Source: Caecitellus pseudoparvulus
Lineage: Eukaryota; Protista; Bigyra: Bicosoecida
Direction: 5' to 3'
Length of the DNA stretch: 64,000 nt
Assembly: GCA_965644315.1 (NCBI GenBank)
Contig: CBFFRQ010000068.1
Location: forward strand, 620,001-684,000
Shown here: positions 61,670 through 64,000 of the stretch, piece after piece
Position numbering within the stretch: the first letter of the stretch is position 1
Layout: every line of letters begins with the position of its first letter
Notes under the pieces: generated by a model
What the model was told of the DNA's origin: nothing
The model's database searches: none
What the model saw: the letters and a program-made list of their open reading frames with translations, nothing else
Program-made: the position numbers and the translations under genes

Positions 61670-62108
61670 GGCGCGCGGTACGGGAAGCGAAGCGTGCTTG
61701 GGGAGCTCCCACTCTCAATGCCGCTTTGGCGTGGTGGCTGCGAGTGCCACCGCTGCTCGCAGGCAATGCTCAGGCAGATGGTGGGGGCCGCTGGTCGTGG
61801 CAGCGTGCCCAGAGAGAAGAACTGCGATGAAAGAGATTCGCCGGTGCTGCTGTGAGTTGTGAAGTGGCGGCGCGGGAGCTCTGATGCATGGCGCAATCTC
61901 AACAACCATCGCACACGCTGGCTGCTGGAGACACCACCACGTTGCGGGCACACTTCATTTCCCAGAATCTTGCATGAGAGTGTGTATCAGTCAACTGAGC
62001 GCTAAGTCTCCCTTCCCCTCTTTCAGTATCGCCCCGTGCGGCCCTCGGCCATCTGGCTTAGGGTGTTGCTTGGACTGGGCTCACGCTGGGCAGCGCATCG
62101 GAAGCACC

Positions 62109-63196
62109 ATGGCAGCCCGTCGTGCCAGCCGCATGCGCAAGGAGTACCTGTACAGGAAGTCCCTGGAAGGAAAGGAAAAAGCGGAGTATGAGCGCAAGGT
62201 GAAGATCCGCGAAGCCATGGCAGGTGAGGGAGAAAGCTCGTCCACGCGCAAGTCATGTTCCGCACCCACCAGAGCTCCCGCATTCTTCCTGTGCAGCTGG
62301 CAAGGCTTTGCCCACTGAGAGCCGTGCCGATGCCCAAGGTCTTCTCCACGAAATTGAGCTTGAGGACGAGGCAACAGCAGCCCCAAAGGTGAGGCTTGGA
62401 CAGCGCTTCTCTGCGGCGCATCGCCTGAGGTGTTTCGCTTGCGTTTCACACTCGACGCTTGTCGTTTCTCCACCCCTTGCAGACACACCTGGACGACGAG
62501 TACGCGACAGCTGGCGCGATAGACCCAAAAATCTGCATTACCACAAGCCGTGACCCGTCGTCCCGCCTGAAGCGCTTCTCCAAGGAGATGGGCATCGTCA
62601 TTCCGAATGCCACCAGACTGAACCGCGGCACAACCACCACTGAGGAGCTGGTGGATGCTGCGAGAAGGGCAGACTTCACGGACATTGTGTTGATCGCTGA
62701 GACACGCGGTGAGCCTGATTCTCTCACCATCTGCCACCTGCCGTACGGCCCCACGGCCAGGTTCACCTTGAACAACACGGTGCTGCGTTCAGACCTCGAG
62801 GGCGTGGCAGGGGGGATGCCTGCAGAGTACCCACACCTTATCTTCCACGGCTTTACTACCCCTCTCGGGCACCGAGTGTCGTCCATCTTGAAGTACATTT
62901 TCCCCGTGCCCAAGCCTGACTCCAAGCGAGTTATCACCATGGCCAACGACAACGACTTTATCTCATTCCGCCACCACACGTACAGCATTGCAAAGGGCGA
63001 GGAAGACGCCGCAGCTGGCGCAGGTGCTGCAGCGGCACCGAAGAAGGGAGACGTGCAGCTGACGGAGGTGGGCCCTCGCTTTGACTTGCGAGCCTTCAAC
63101 ATCACGCTGGGCACGCTGGAGCAGCGCACAGCAGACGTGGAGTGGGCCCTGCGCCCGTTCATGAACACTTCGCGCAAGAAGTCTGCCTTGGGCTGA
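62109..63196 (+). CDS. IMP4: U3 snoRNP protein IMP4 (Brix domain)
   Basis: RMRKEYLYRKS, DDEY, DPKI.ITTSRDPSSRL, HLPYGPTA, ISFRHH, L.EVGPRF and EWALRPFMN. Confidence 0.96.
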
Positions 63197-63498
63197 GGGA
63201 ATTAGCTGAGTGTGTTGTCTCCATGCTGCTCATTGAAATGCACCGCTGTGCCTTTGCAGCCAACCGGCCTGAGAAGTGCGCTGTGGGCGAGCTGAACGAC
63301 GGACCCTTCAACAGTGCACTGCAACAATTCACTTCCTCCATTCGTTGCGGACTGGGGTGACGCTTGCCTAGCTCGCACAGCACGCTGCAGGCATTGAGCC
63401 GTTGCCGCTTGGGGAGCTGGCCAGGCAGCGTTTCCACAGGCGTTTCAGGCCGCTGGCACATTGCAGCTTCCCTCCGTGCCCCAGCGCCCCAAGACACC

Positions 63499-64000
63499 AT
63501 GCCGCTGAAGCAGTTGTTCCAGATAGGGCCCCAGTTTCACGGCCATGGCCGGGCAAAGTTCGCCTGGCACCCTGCGGGGCTCCTGCTCGCGTCGGCAGGC
63601 AACAGCGGTTAGTGCAGGCGTGGCCATCGCCCGTCGGCGAAGGCGGCCTTCACTTGCTCCCTGGCTGCCTCACGCGCAGGCGTCTGCTCCATCTTCGACC
63701 GCAAAGGCAAGCAAGTGGCAGAGTTCGTGCTTGCGGAAAAGCGGCAAGTCGCTGACATTCAGTGGGACTGGGAGGGCGAGGTGAGCAGGCGGCGCAGGGT
63801 CTGGCCTGGTGGCTCCGCGACGCTGCAGGGGGCACCTCCCGGCGCTCCGCTCGCAGACGGTGGCCGTGATGCAGACTGGCTGTGACTCACTGACGCTGTG
63901 GAACTCCAGCTCCAAGGCCTCTCAGCAGCTGGAGACTGGGCTGAAGGGGCTGAGTTACATGTCCTGGAGCAAGACCGGCCCCCAACTCGTGGCGGGTGAC
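63499..64000 (+). CDS. WDR19: Intraflagellar transport protein IFT144/WDR19 (5' part)
   Basis: LKQLFQI...HG.G..KFAWHP.G.LLASAG / IFDRKG / WD.EGE / ...LETG....SY.SWSKTGPQL. Confidence 0.85.

Noticed and set aside
6949-64000. Functional cluster of ciliary genes (PPP2R3C, TMEM216, KATNIP, IFT144)
   Set aside because: They are dispersed among unrelated genes; this density is expected in a compact flagellate genome.

Overview
GC-rich, gene-dense eukaryotic nuclear DNA. Short GT-AG introns (donors mostly GTGCGT/GTGAG) and cilium/centriole genes point to a flagellated protist, probably a stramenopile-like heterotroph; the taxon is an inference. About 21 protein genes and two tRNAs (Val-CAC, Ser-CGA) can be supported. 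The genes include an ABCC transporter, COQ3, PPP2R3C-like, an AAA ATPase, RagA, TMEM216-like, CTNNBL1, EFR3-like, CK2 alpha, an MFS transporter, PNPase, KATNIP, a USP, IMP4 and IFT144. The main accessory block (~47.9-56.0 kb) lies just upstream of tRNA-Ser. It holds a helical/pseudokinase-like/ankyrin-repeat gene split by a 2.2-kb insertion with Helentron/Helitron2-like ends; removing the insertion restores one reading frame. A 2.1-kb decayed hAT transposon (22-bp TIRs, 7/8 TSD) lies beside it. Other highlights are a ~3,800-aa secreted GT2 glycosyltransferase fused to adhesin/integrin-like domains, and a divergent NEDD8-like protein ending RAG-N that sits tail-to-tail with a USP deubiquitinase. 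Gene starts and exon boundaries were inferred by eye.
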